Below, one piece after another: positions 21,116 through 31,639 of a stretch of 64,000 bases of DNA. Below the pieces are notes generated by a model. The model was given only the letters and a program-made list of their open reading frames with translations, made no database searches and was not told where the DNA came from. A program made the position numbers and the translations under genes. This DNA comes from Candidatus Dojkabacteria bacterium (lineage in GTDB: Bacteria > Patescibacteriota > Dojkabacteria > J137), in NCBI GenBank assembly GCA_040006935.1, contig JBDTVZ010000003.1:1102-65101 (forward strand), in the 5' to 3' direction. Positions within the stretch are counted from its first letter, which is position 1, and each line of letters opens with the position of its first letter.

Positions 21116-22638
21116 TATGCAAAATTTATTAAAAGAACTTGTCGAGATTGCATTAAATTATTTACAAAATCTAAGATTTCCTGAACAAAGTTACAATTTA
21201 CAATTAAAATTGGTAATAGGTTAGTATTTACATTTACTGACCCACTCTCTCTACCCATTTGTTCTAAAATTTGTGCTTCTAACTCTGGCTTCATTTTACC
21301 TTCTAAACTAAATTCTATATTTTCTTTTTCTATTTTTAAGATATCAACTTCCCTTCTCTTTTTATAATATTCTTCTGTATTAATGCTTTTTGATTCGATC
21401 TCTTTCAATTTAGAATCTGTGTCTATTTGTTCTTTTAAAAGTTTTGTCTTTCCCTCAGATAACTGTGTCAAATTCTTATCTCCTAGTCGTGTGTTCATTG
21501 TTGTTTCGATAAGAGATAACTCACCTTGCAATGCGTTTACCCATGCTGTGTTTAGAATCAACCTATTTTCATCTAAATCCATTTTAGGTGATAGTTGATT
21601 GTTCGAATCAACATCTACATCATCATTGGTAAACCTACCTTCATATCTATTAGCATACCTATTGATGTTCACTAGCAACATCAATACTAGCAAAGTTACA
21701 GCACTAAATAATCCTATAAATAATTGTACCAGTTGAAGTGTAATTATAAAAAATAGTAATGAAAATATACATTGCAGAACTACAAGTGCAACCATCCATT
21801 TTGCTATGAATAAAGGCATCTCTGGGCCTTCTTCTTCTATGTTTCTACCTGGAGTTTTTTTTACAGTTCGAAGATTTGAAGCTAACATTTGTGATCTGCT
21901 TTCTTTTATTTTTTCAACTTTTTGTGAGATTGTTGAGTCCGTTGTAATATTATTAAATTTTGTTAGCTCTTGTTTAATTCTATTCTGAGATTCTATAAGC
22001 ATATTTACCGACGAGAGTTTATCGTCGATAGCTTTCACTTCACGATCTATTCGTTCTTTATCTTTTTTAATTTCTTCTTTATTTTTCTTCTCATTTTGAT
22101 AAGAACTCACCTCAACTTCCATATTCTTTATCTTGACGCTTACTTCTCTATATCTAACTAACTTATCTGATTCTTCCTTGGAAAGTCCCTGTGAAGCTTG
22201 AGTTACAAGGGCTTCTATATTCCCGTCAGGTGAATTATTGATAGGTAAAAATTTTGAAGTTAATTCAGCTAAATTTGTAATTCCTGCTTTATTACAATCG
22301 AGGATTATTTCTTTCCAGGATTCATTATTAATATTCAAACCTGTTTTTTCTGAAAGGATTTGATAGATATTCCCAGGAGTTTCGATACTATTTACAAGAA
22401 TTTTCAGGGTTTTTGTTTGATAGTCCTTTACAAGAGTAATTTTTTCATTTAGTAATTGCATTTCTATTTCCGATGTTTGAATTGTATTGGTTTCTGGGAA
22501 ATTAGTTAGCGAAATTAAATCATTAACTAAAAAAACTAACTTAGAAGATGGAGATAATGTATTTCGAAAATCAATTTCAAAAGTCTCTGATTGTGTTATG
22601 ACTACTCTATATTTTGATATAGACAAAGAATAAGTCAC
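21115..22638 (-). CDS. Coiled-coil membrane protein
   Basis: Coiled coils flank a TM hairpin; stop codon overlaps the next start. Confidence 0.65.
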   Translation of the reverse strand: MTYSLSISKYRVVITQSETFEIDFRNTLSPSSKLVFLVNDLISLTNFPETNTIQTSEIEMQLLNEKITLVKDYQTKTLKILVNSIETPGNIYQILSEKTGLNINNESWKEIILDCNKAGITNLAELTSKFLPINNSPDGNIEALVTQASQGLSKEESDKLVRYREVSVKIKNMEVEVSSYQNEKKNKEEIKKDKERIDREVKAIDDKLSSVNMLIESQNRIKQELTKFNNITTDSTISQKVEKIKESRSQMLASNLRTVKKTPGRNIEEEGPEMPLFIAKWMVALVVLQCIFSLLFFIITLQLVQLFIGLFSAVTLLVLMLLVNINRYANRYEGRFTNDDVDVDSNNQLSPKMDLDENRLILNTAWVNALQGELSLIETTMNTRLGDKNLTQLSEGKTKLLKEQIDTDSKLKEIESKSINTEEYYKKRREVDILKIEKENIEFSLEGKMKPELEAQILEQMGRESGSVNVNTNLLPILIVNCNFVQEILDFVNNLMQSRQVLLINFA

Positions 22639-22733
22639 CCTATTTTAATTATAATAGTTAAAGTGCATATATATTCTACCGCAATGAAAGTATTGATGCT
22701 AGTAGTTCGTTAAGAAGATAGTCAATTTTTATA

Positions 22734-23486
22734 TTATTCGTTAGAGATTCTTTCTAATTTCCAAATATTGTTCTCACATCTGAAGATATAAGTCTTTGTG
22801 GCTGTTGTGCAGGTCTGAGGATCACCATTTGTTGGACAAGCAAGTCCTGTTAAGCTTCCAATGGAAGAGCTAGATAAGCTTGTTCTTGTCAAATCATCGC
22901 ATGAAGCGAACTGTGATCCATTTGGATCTGTACATAAATCGGTGAAGAAAAATTGGAAACCAATTCCAATGTTATTACCTCCAGTTAAACCTTGATAGCA
23001 TTTGACTTGATTATTTACTCCAAGAAGTTTGAATATCGTAACTAGTATTGGAACAGCAAGGAAAACCAACATAAATCCAATAATATAATTAAGAATTCTC
23101 TTTCTAATTTCTGTAATTTTAGTTACATCTCCTCTTGAGATTAAGTATTGATAACCCAGGTAAACTAGTAATAGGAACGAAAATGTGGCAACTATTGCCC
23201 ATATTGCATACACTACTCTAACAAAAAGGACTTCCAACTCCTGGAGTGCGGGTGGTTTTAAAACAGCCTTTATCCTAACTCCATCTTCATCAATACAATA
23301 AAACTCTCCTTGTGCAGAATCAAATTGAACTGTTGCAGAAATCAATGTTCCGTCTTGTTTAAAACATTGATAGCTACTGGCATTGTTCCCGGAAAAAGGG
23401 GCTTCCTGTATTTGTGCTTTTACTACAGGCGATATGAGTGCGAATAGAACAAAAAATGCTACTGAAGTCAGTATAGACTTTCTCAT
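22734..23486 (-). CDS. VirB2/TrbC-like pilin with Cys-rich extensions
   Basis: Signal peptide; TM-GYQYLISRGDVTKITEIRKRILNYIIG-TM. Confidence 0.75.
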   Translation of the reverse strand: MRKSILTSVAFFVLFALISPVVKAQIQEAPFSGNNASSYQCFKQDGTLISATVQFDSAQGEFYCIDEDGVRIKAVLKPPALQELEVLFVRVVYAIWAIVATFSFLLLVYLGYQYLISRGDVTKITEIRKRILNYIIGFMLVFLAVPILVTIFKLLGVNNQVKCYQGLTGGNNIGIGFQFFFTDLCTDPNGSQFASCDDLTRTSLSSSSIGSLTGLACPTNGDPQTCTTATKTYIFRCENNIWKLERISNE

Positions 23487-23968
23487 AGGTTAGGCTTGAC
23501 TGTATTTGGAATAACGTTATTGATTTCGTTTAAATCTCCTCCAACACTTGCGTTAAAGAATGCAAGGATAATAACTATTCCAATAATACCAATGAACAAA
23601 GCAGCTATACCTATAAATACAGATTTAATAGCTTTTTGTGCTTCTTGAATTTTTGTATCGTCACCTTCACTCCTAATGTATTTGATTGCAGCTCTTATAA
23701 TTATGTAAATTGAAACTACAATAATACCAATGAAGATTAATTGTAATGCTAATCTTACTAGGGAAACTCCTGCTCCAACAGCAACCGATCCGTCAACTTG
23801 ATCTCCGCACAATGTACCTGCTCCAAAGCCTAGGTTTTGAATAAATGGAAATATTGTACAAATCAAATTCTGTGCATGGACTGGCATTGCAAACAATATA
23901 TTATTTAAACTGAACAATGAAAATACTAATGTTGAGATTGCAAATATTTTCTTTGAGATATCTTTCAT
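23483..23968 (-). CDS. VirB2/TrbC-like pilin
   Basis: VHA signal cleavage site; YIRSEGDDTKIQEAQKAIKSVFIG. Confidence 0.8.
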   Translation of the reverse strand: MKDISKKIFAISTLVFSLFSLNNILFAMPVHAQNLICTIFPFIQNLGFGAGTLCGDQVDGSVAVGAGVSLVRLALQLIFIGIIVVSIYIIIRAAIKYIRSEGDDTKIQEAQKAIKSVFIGIAALFIGIIGIVIILAFFNASVGGDLNEINNVIPNTVKPNL

Positions 23969-24034
23969 GAATTGTTAATTAAAATATACTTTTATTTATA
24001 TTATAAGAATTATCCTGTCAATGTCAAAAAGAAT

Positions 24035-24403
24035 TTACAAAGGAATGGTTACTCCTGGAGGAACAATGGGAGTTGTATTAATAATTCCCCCTGCTCCAAA
24101 GAATGCTATGACCACTACAAGTCCGATTAATCCAACGAATATGAGCACTATTCCAATAAATACGCCCTTAACCATTGAATATCCTTCTTGTATTTTAGTA
24201 GGATCCCCTTCACTTCTGACAATCTTTAGAACAGCTTTAACTACAATGACAATTCCATAAATAATAATAATGGCAAATATAGAAGCCATACCTATTCTTA
24301 ATAAACCTCCAATACTTGTAAAATTCCAAAAAGGTGAGTTTAGAAATTGAGTACAACCTAATAATCCACATCCAGTTTGATTATCGAAAAACATTCTACT
24401 CAA
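24035..24403 (-). CDS. VirB2/TrbC-like pilin (start may be the ATG at 24394)
   Basis: IVRSEGDPTKIQEGYSMVKGVFIG between TM helices. Confidence 0.75.
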   Translation of the reverse strand: MSRMFFDNQTGCGLLGCTQFLNSPFWNFTSIGGLLRIGMASIFAIIIIYGIVIVVKAVLKIVRSEGDPTKIQEGYSMVKGVFIGIVLIFVGLIGLVVVIAFFGAGGIINTTPIVPPGVTIPL

Positions 24404-24469
24404 TTAAAAATTATAAATTAAGAATTATAAGAAGGACTAAAATTCTAGAACCTTTATAATCCCTCATTT

Positions 24470-25009
24470 TTAATTTTGTGAGCTTAAACCGCAAACCTGA
24501 GAAGCAAACGTGGTAGGGTCTTCTCCAGCCGGTGCATTAAAATATGCTTTGAAATAATATTCATACTCTGTATTTGGGCAGCCACTGAACATTTTAGGCC
24601 AATTGAAAATACTACCTATTCCTAATACAAATCCAATTACTGTTAATAATATTGGTATTAAAAAAGTTAAAGCTACGCCAACTAAGCTTGCCTGGATCTT
24701 TTTGTACGACTCTGATAATTTTTCAGGATCTCCTTCACTCCTTACTGCATCTAATCCTGCAAGAAGAATTCTAACAATCCATAGAATTATAACTAAAATG
24801 ATAATTACACTCCCAGCAAATGTGATCCAAGAAAGTACAGTGAAGTACTGGGGATTTATAGAACCAAAAACTGGGAAGAAAGGAATTATAATCGGGTCTA
24901 TATTTAATTTATTACCGGTGATATCTAACGCCTGTGCGTGAAGAACTAAAGGTGAGAAAATAGACAATGAGCCTAAAATTGTTAAGAGCGTTTTCTTTAA
25001 ATTTTTCAT
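24470..25009 (-). CDS. VirB2/TrbC-like pilin
   Basis: Signal peptide; VRSEGDPEKLSESYKKIQASLVG. Confidence 0.78.
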   Translation of the reverse strand: MKNLKKTLLTILGSLSIFSPLVLHAQALDITGNKLNIDPIIIPFFPVFGSINPQYFTVLSWITFAGSVIIILVIILWIVRILLAGLDAVRSEGDPEKLSESYKKIQASLVGVALTFLIPILLTVIGFVLGIGSIFNWPKMFSGCPNTEYEYYFKAYFNAPAGEDPTTFASQVCGLSSQN

Positions 25010-25011
25010 TT

Positions 25012-25641
25012 TTAAGTTATAACAATTTCTGTACCTGTATTGGTAACATTAAGATCATTCAAATTCCCAATTCCTAATACTGTTGCTACAAATTGGATTA
25101 TAAATATAAATGACCAAGCAAGTATAAACCCAATTATTAAATTTACAATCTCCTTGTTTATTTTTGAAATATCATCACTTGAAGTTACTCCTGGTCTAAT
25201 TACTGCACCAAGATAAGCTCCTCGAGCTAAAGCATATATTGAAACTATTCCTAAGAAAGTTGATATTATTGCATTAATTAATGAAGGTATGCTTCCAGAT
25301 GAGAATGAAAATTTTGTTCCAAAAATATTAAAGGATCGAATTAAGCTTGCATCCCCAGGATCTATTGTCCCGATTGTACCCCCTCCATTACATTTATTAG
25401 AGCAACAAATTGTTTGTGGATTTAGGAATTTCGCATTTGAACATGAAAAATCGGGAACGTAGCAATTTGTATCGTTTTGGGATTTACAAGCAGTTGGACA
25501 TGCATCTGGTATTCCAAAGGGTGCCTGGCAACCAGCGGGGAATCCTGAATCTGCATTGATTTTATTTACGGATTCGAAGGATAATAGCGCAAAGAAAAAT
25601 ATGCTTAACAAAAGAATACTTTTTGAATATCTTTTAATCAT
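25012..25641 (-). CDS. VirB2/TrbC-like pilin with a Cys-rich N-domain
   Basis: Signal peptide, 8 Cys, TM-SSDDISKINKEIVNLIIG-TM. Confidence 0.7.
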   Translation of the reverse strand: MIKRYSKSILLLSIFFFALLSFESVNKINADSGFPAGCQAPFGIPDACPTACKSQNDTNCYVPDFSCSNAKFLNPQTICCSNKCNGGGTIGTIDPGDASLIRSFNIFGTKFSFSSGSIPSLINAIISTFLGIVSIYALARGAYLGAVIRPGVTSSDDISKINKEIVNLIIGFILAWSFIFIIQFVATVLGIGNLNDLNVTNTGTEIVIT

Positions 25642-25650
25642 ATTTATTAA

Positions 25651-25959
25651 TTAACCTCCAGATAAACCTAATCCTTGTACTCCTATTAATCCTGCTACAA
25701 AATTTACAATTGTTGGTGCAAGAACTGCCAATACAAAACCAATTATTGCAGCAATGATGATTTTTCTCGCACTCGAAACTTGCTCTGCATTGTCTCTAGC
25801 AGTTAAATACTGAAAAGCTCCAAATAAAAGCATTGCTGCAAATGTTAATAAGAACACAGGGACAACTAATCTTGTAATGGCGTTAATAATATCTTCTAAA
25901 TTATTGAATACAGTGGGGTTTGGGATTTGAAAAGCTTTTCCACTATTAGTTACGTCCAT
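25651..25959 (-). CDS. VirB2/TrbC-like pilin
   Basis: GAFQYLTARDNAEQVSSARKIIIAAIIG. Confidence 0.8.
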   Translation of the reverse strand: MDVTNSGKAFQIPNPTVFNNLEDIINAITRLVVPVFLLTFAAMLLFGAFQYLTARDNAEQVSSARKIIIAAIIGFVLAVLAPTIVNFVAGLIGVQGLGLSGG

Positions 25960-25982
25960 ATTATTTTATTAAAATCTAGATT

Positions 25983-28571
25983 CTATTTAATTTCTTTAAC
26001 TTCAAGTCCACTAAAGTAAACATCGTTTCCTGATTTTAGTCTACCTTGAATTATTAAGTTTGCCAATATATCTTCAATGTTATCTTGCACAACTCTCTTT
26101 AATTCTCGGGCACCATAGATTGGATTGTACGCAAGTGCTGAAAGTTCTTCCAAAGTTTTTTCATCCCAGAATACAGACATACCTTTTGTTTCAAGGTTAC
26201 GATCCAATGCTTTTAGATTAATTTCAACAACCTCTTTGATCTCTTCTTGATTTAAGGACTTAAACATAATTAATTTATCAAATCTGTTTAAGAATTCGAT
26301 TCTGAACTCCTTTCGAAGAATTGGTGCGGTTTCTTTAAGGACTTCATTATATTTTTCCCCCCTCTCAATTAATTCTGCAATTTGTTCGGATGCGGCATTG
26401 GATGTCATTATTATGATTGTATTTGTGAAATCTACTTTTCTACTCATGCCATCAGTTATCGATCCTTCATCTAGTACTTGAAGGAATAAATCTAGAACTT
26501 TTTTATTAGCCTTTTCAATTTCGTCTAACAGAATTAGTGAATATGGTTTTAATTTAACAGCATCCGTTAGATAGCCTCCCACAAAATTACCACCATTATC
26601 AGTATAACCAATAAGCCTATTCAAGTTTGACTCTTCTTGGTATTCGGACATATCTATTCGAATCATTAAGTTTGAGCTACCATAATAAACGTCCGCTAGA
26701 GTTTTTGCGGACTCGGTTTTCCCCACTCCTGTTGGACCATAAAATAAGAAACTCGCTACCGGTTTTTGCTTGAAGCCACTAAGTCCTGACCTTGCTCTTC
26801 TGATTGCCATAGCGATACTTTTAATCGCATCGTCTTGACCCACGACTCCTTCATGCATGGTATCTTCCAGCTTCATTAATCGTTCGGATTCTCCTTGATC
26901 CACTGTTCCTATATTTATTCCCACTTTACTAGAGATTAATTGCTCTGCGATTTGATTATTTAGGTAATTAAGCCCTTGGCTTTTTGCTAATAGTATTGCT
27001 TCCTCTAAAAGATCGATACCCTTATCTGGCATTGATCTTTCGGCTTCAAATCTAGGAGCGAATTCAACTATTTTTTTAATTGCACTTACCTGAACTTTAA
27101 TTCCATATTTATTTTCTAGCTTATCTAATTCGTCTACTAGGATTTGCTGAGAAAGATAACTTGAAGGTTCTTTAATTTCGACAACTTCGAAAAGAGATGC
27201 GAGAGACTTTATGGGTTTAATGTATTTATTGTAAATTGTAAGGTTACTTGTCGCTATTAACCTTAATTTAAGCGCATCAATAGCATTAACTAACAGATTT
27301 ACTACTTCCATCCGACCTTCTTCTCGTATTGACATTACTTGTCCTATCTCTTCTAAAACTAGGATAATATTTCCTGAATTTTTTACTTCCTCTAAGCATT
27401 TTTGAATTATTGCTTTGAAACTATCTATAGAGCCTGCTTTAGTTAAAACCTTATTAAGATCAATGGTAATTAATCTCGAATCCTGAAGGCTGGCTGGAAC
27501 ATCCTCTACGCTCATTTTTGTAGCAAGATACTTTACAAGAGTGGTTTTACCAACGCCAGGTTCTCCAAGTAATAGACATGCCGCTCCTGAACCTTTTTGA
27601 AGAATTCTTAGAAAGTTAGATATTTCGATTTCACGTCCTATCGAAGTTGTAAATTCACCTTTGGCAGATCTCGCAGTTAGGTCCTCTGAGTAAATATCCA
27701 AAGTTGGGGTAGCACGAGAAGTATATGACCGGTTGATAGGGCCTGTGGGTTTAAGTTTAGAAATAATTTTCCATCTTTTGTAATAATTTTCTTTTCTTAA
27801 TTCGTTTTTTTGCCAAACTTCAAGTGAATTAATGTCTAATTCGTTTACTCCAAAGCTTAATAAAGCACTTTTTAAAACTCCTCTACATAAAACAAAGAAC
27901 ATTGTTACCACATCGATTTTGTCTCCTCCTAAAAATATTGCTTCTTGAGTACTAGCTACTAAAAGACCAATATAATTGGAAGTGAAAGTGCAATCAATCG
28001 TTTGCAAATACGACATGGATTTCTGAATTATATTTGAAGAATTTACCCCTAATCTTTTCTCAATCAGTTCCCGAAGATTTGAATGATTTAATACATACGA
28101 AATGAAAATTTTAAGAAAGTCTTTTTCAGATTCAAAGTATAAGTTATCTAAAACAGTTAAAAGTTCCACGGTCAAAAATTCATTTATAATCAGTCCATTT
28201 CTTTTTCCTTTAGTTGCCCTATCCAACTCTTTTGGTAAGTTTGTAATTCGATCAGAATCGAGAAATTCTTCTCTATTTCGTTTAAGGAAGAGTCCATAAA
28301 GCCCTACTGGCATTGCCATATAAGCTAAGAGATATTCAAAAGAGCTGGGGAATAAATAACCTTGTAAATCGAATCCAGTAAAAAATATTGTTATAAAAAG
28401 ACTAGATAAAATAATTAATATAGCTAAAACAACAAGTGCGTTACCAAAACTTTTTTCAATAGTAATTTTATTCTTTAGCCCCCCTCTATCTTTAAATAAA
28501 TGAGATAAATCTATCCGGACATCTACCCCATTAACTGTTCCTATTTTTTGAGTTCCTCTTAATATTTTCAT
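25983..28571 (-). CDS. ClpA/ClpB-family double AAA+ ATPase with N-terminal TM helices
   Basis: GEPGVGKT, RSMPDKGIDLLEE, GPTGVGKT, RIDMSEY, LLDEIEKA, GARELKR. Confidence 0.9.
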   Translation of the reverse strand: MKILRGTQKIGTVNGVDVRIDLSHLFKDRGGLKNKITIEKSFGNALVVLAILIILSSLFITIFFTGFDLQGYLFPSSFEYLLAYMAMPVGLYGLFLKRNREEFLDSDRITNLPKELDRATKGKRNGLIINEFLTVELLTVLDNLYFESEKDFLKIFISYVLNHSNLRELIEKRLGVNSSNIIQKSMSYLQTIDCTFTSNYIGLLVASTQEAIFLGGDKIDVVTMFFVLCRGVLKSALLSFGVNELDINSLEVWQKNELRKENYYKRWKIISKLKPTGPINRSYTSRATPTLDIYSEDLTARSAKGEFTTSIGREIEISNFLRILQKGSGAACLLLGEPGVGKTTLVKYLATKMSVEDVPASLQDSRLITIDLNKVLTKAGSIDSFKAIIQKCLEEVKNSGNIILVLEEIGQVMSIREEGRMEVVNLLVNAIDALKLRLIATSNLTIYNKYIKPIKSLASLFEVVEIKEPSSYLSQQILVDELDKLENKYGIKVQVSAIKKIVEFAPRFEAERSMPDKGIDLLEEAILLAKSQGLNYLNNQIAEQLISSKVGINIGTVDQGESERLMKLEDTMHEGVVGQDDAIKSIAMAIRRARSGLSGFKQKPVASFLFYGPTGVGKTESAKTLADVYYGSSNLMIRIDMSEYQEESNLNRLIGYTDNGGNFVGGYLTDAVKLKPYSLILLDEIEKANKKVLDLFLQVLDEGSITDGMSRKVDFTNTIIIMTSNAASEQIAELIERGEKYNEVLKETAPILRKEFRIEFLNRFDKLIMFKSLNQEEIKEVVEINLKALDRNLETKGMSVFWDEKTLEELSALAYNPIYGARELKRVVQDNIEDILANLIIQGRLKSGNDVYFSGLEVKEIK

Positions 28572-28897
28572 ATTTGAAATCTCAGAAAGTTAATAATTTG
28601 CAATGGAAGGATCAAAGGAAGTGAAAATAGGAAGATAAATATTAATACATTCGGAACAATAAAAATAAAACTAACTACACTACCACTTGCAATCCACCAT
28701 AACCTGATTATTATTCCTAAAAATTTCCCCAGGGATGAACTATCTTGATATAAAGGTTTTCCAAAATTCTTGGCATTAGGCAATGCATTGGTTACATTGA
28801 GTAGATAAGAAAAACGAAGCGTAACATGATCTCGAAAGAAACCAAGAACAAAAATTTGATAGTACCAAACAAAGAAATTTAGAATATATTCTTTCAT
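28568..28897 (-). CDS. Small membrane protein translationally coupled to the Clp ATPase
   Basis: Hydrophobic 109-aa ORF with a 4-bp ATGA overlap. Confidence 0.65.
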   Translation of the reverse strand: MKEYILNFFVWYYQIFVLGFFRDHVTLRFSYLLNVTNALPNAKNFGKPLYQDSSSLGKFLGIIIRLWWIASGSVVSFIFIVPNVLIFIFLFSLPLILPLQIINFLRFQI

Positions 28898-29014
28898 TTA
28901 TAGAGTTTATTAATACGTCAATTGTACAGGAAATTCTTATGCTTTTGTATACACTACAATCCTTTACAGAATTTACTGAGAAAGGTATAATTCGGCTTAT
29001 ATTACATACTGATA

Positions 29015-29500
29015 ATGGAAATAAGAATTTTAGATAATATACTATTTGATGATTATAATGTTACAGAATTTACTGATAATCTTCAGTTGAACTTAGATAC
29101 CTTAAGCAAATTTCTTCCATTTAAAGGATTTAACAATCACGAAAGCACTTTATTAAACGCGCTCGCAAGTCTCTTACATAATTCTCACATACCTTTAAGC
29201 TCCTTAGGCCTAAGGAGTAATCCATTTACTGACCATATGAACTTTATAGGATTTATTCTAAACGATTCTATACAAGCAAGCGTTGAGTCTAATGAAGAAG
29301 CACAGGAGTTATTTTTCAAAATATTTAGAGATATCCGACAGTTCTTCACATTCATTGCTAAACATCCAGAAAGTAAACTTACAGAGGAACAACTAAACAT
29401 TGTTACCGGATTAATCCTAAAACCACTTAAAGAAATGGCAAAATTATTAGAAATTGATTCCGAAAGACCTTTACCTGATATAGCTGAAAATCAAGAATAA
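29015..29500 (+). CDS. Hypothetical protein
   Basis: 161-aa ORF with an upstream TATAAT. Confidence 0.55.
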   Translation: MEIRILDNILFDDYNVTEFTDNLQLNLDTLSKFLPFKGFNNHESTLLNALASLLHNSHIPLSSLGLRSNPFTDHMNFIGFILNDSIQASVESNEEAQELFFKIFRDIRQFFTFIAKHPESKLTEEQLNIVTGLILKPLKEMAKLLEIDSERPLPDIAENQE

Positions 29501-29568
29501 AAAAGAGTCCCAATCTCTCAGGACCCTCTTCTCGTAACTCATTCACACATAATCTAAACCTCTCTAAT

Positions 29569-31218
<1,650 letters not shown>

Positions 31219-31243
31219 TTAAAAGATTTCAATTTAAGAAAAA

Positions 31244-31549
31244 TTACGCTTGAACAGCAATTATGTCAGATTCCTTCATTATTAAATAATTTTCACCGTC
31301 GATCTCTACTTCTTCCGGGGTGTATTTTTTAAAGAAAACTAAATCGCCAACCTTTACATTAAAGTGAATCACTTCTCCTTTATCATTAAGCCTTCCTGTT
31401 CCAAGTGCTGCTACTTCTCCTTTCTGTGGTCTTTCGCCCTTATTTGAGCTTTGAATTATTAAACCAGAGGCAGTAGTCTCTTCTTCTTTAGTTGGACGAA
31501 CAAGGATATACTCTCCTATTGGCTTTATTTTTAATGTCGATTTTGCCAT
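31244..31549 (-). CDS. groS: Co-chaperonin GroES
   Basis: IKPIGEYILV, TASGLII, VKVGD, ESDIIA. Confidence 0.98.
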   Translation of the reverse strand: MAKSTLKIKPIGEYILVRPTKEEETTASGLIIQSSNKGERPQKGEVAALGTGRLNDKGEVIHFNVKVGDLVFFKKYTPEEVEIDGENYLIMKESDIIAVQA

Positions 31550-31573
31550 AGGTAAATATTTAATAAGTAAGAT

Positions 31574-31600
31574 TTAGCAGTTATAATAAACAGCTGCCAA
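31574..31600 (-). promoter_or_regulatory. CIRCE-like HrcA operator upstream of groES
   Basis: TTAGCAGTT-N9-AGCTGCCAA versus consensus TTAGCACTC-N9-GAGTGCTAA; TTGACA -35 at 31627-31632 on the minus strand. Confidence 0.7.
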
Positions 31601-31639
31601 GAATGTTAACAATTCCAATAAATTTCTGTCAAGGGATAG

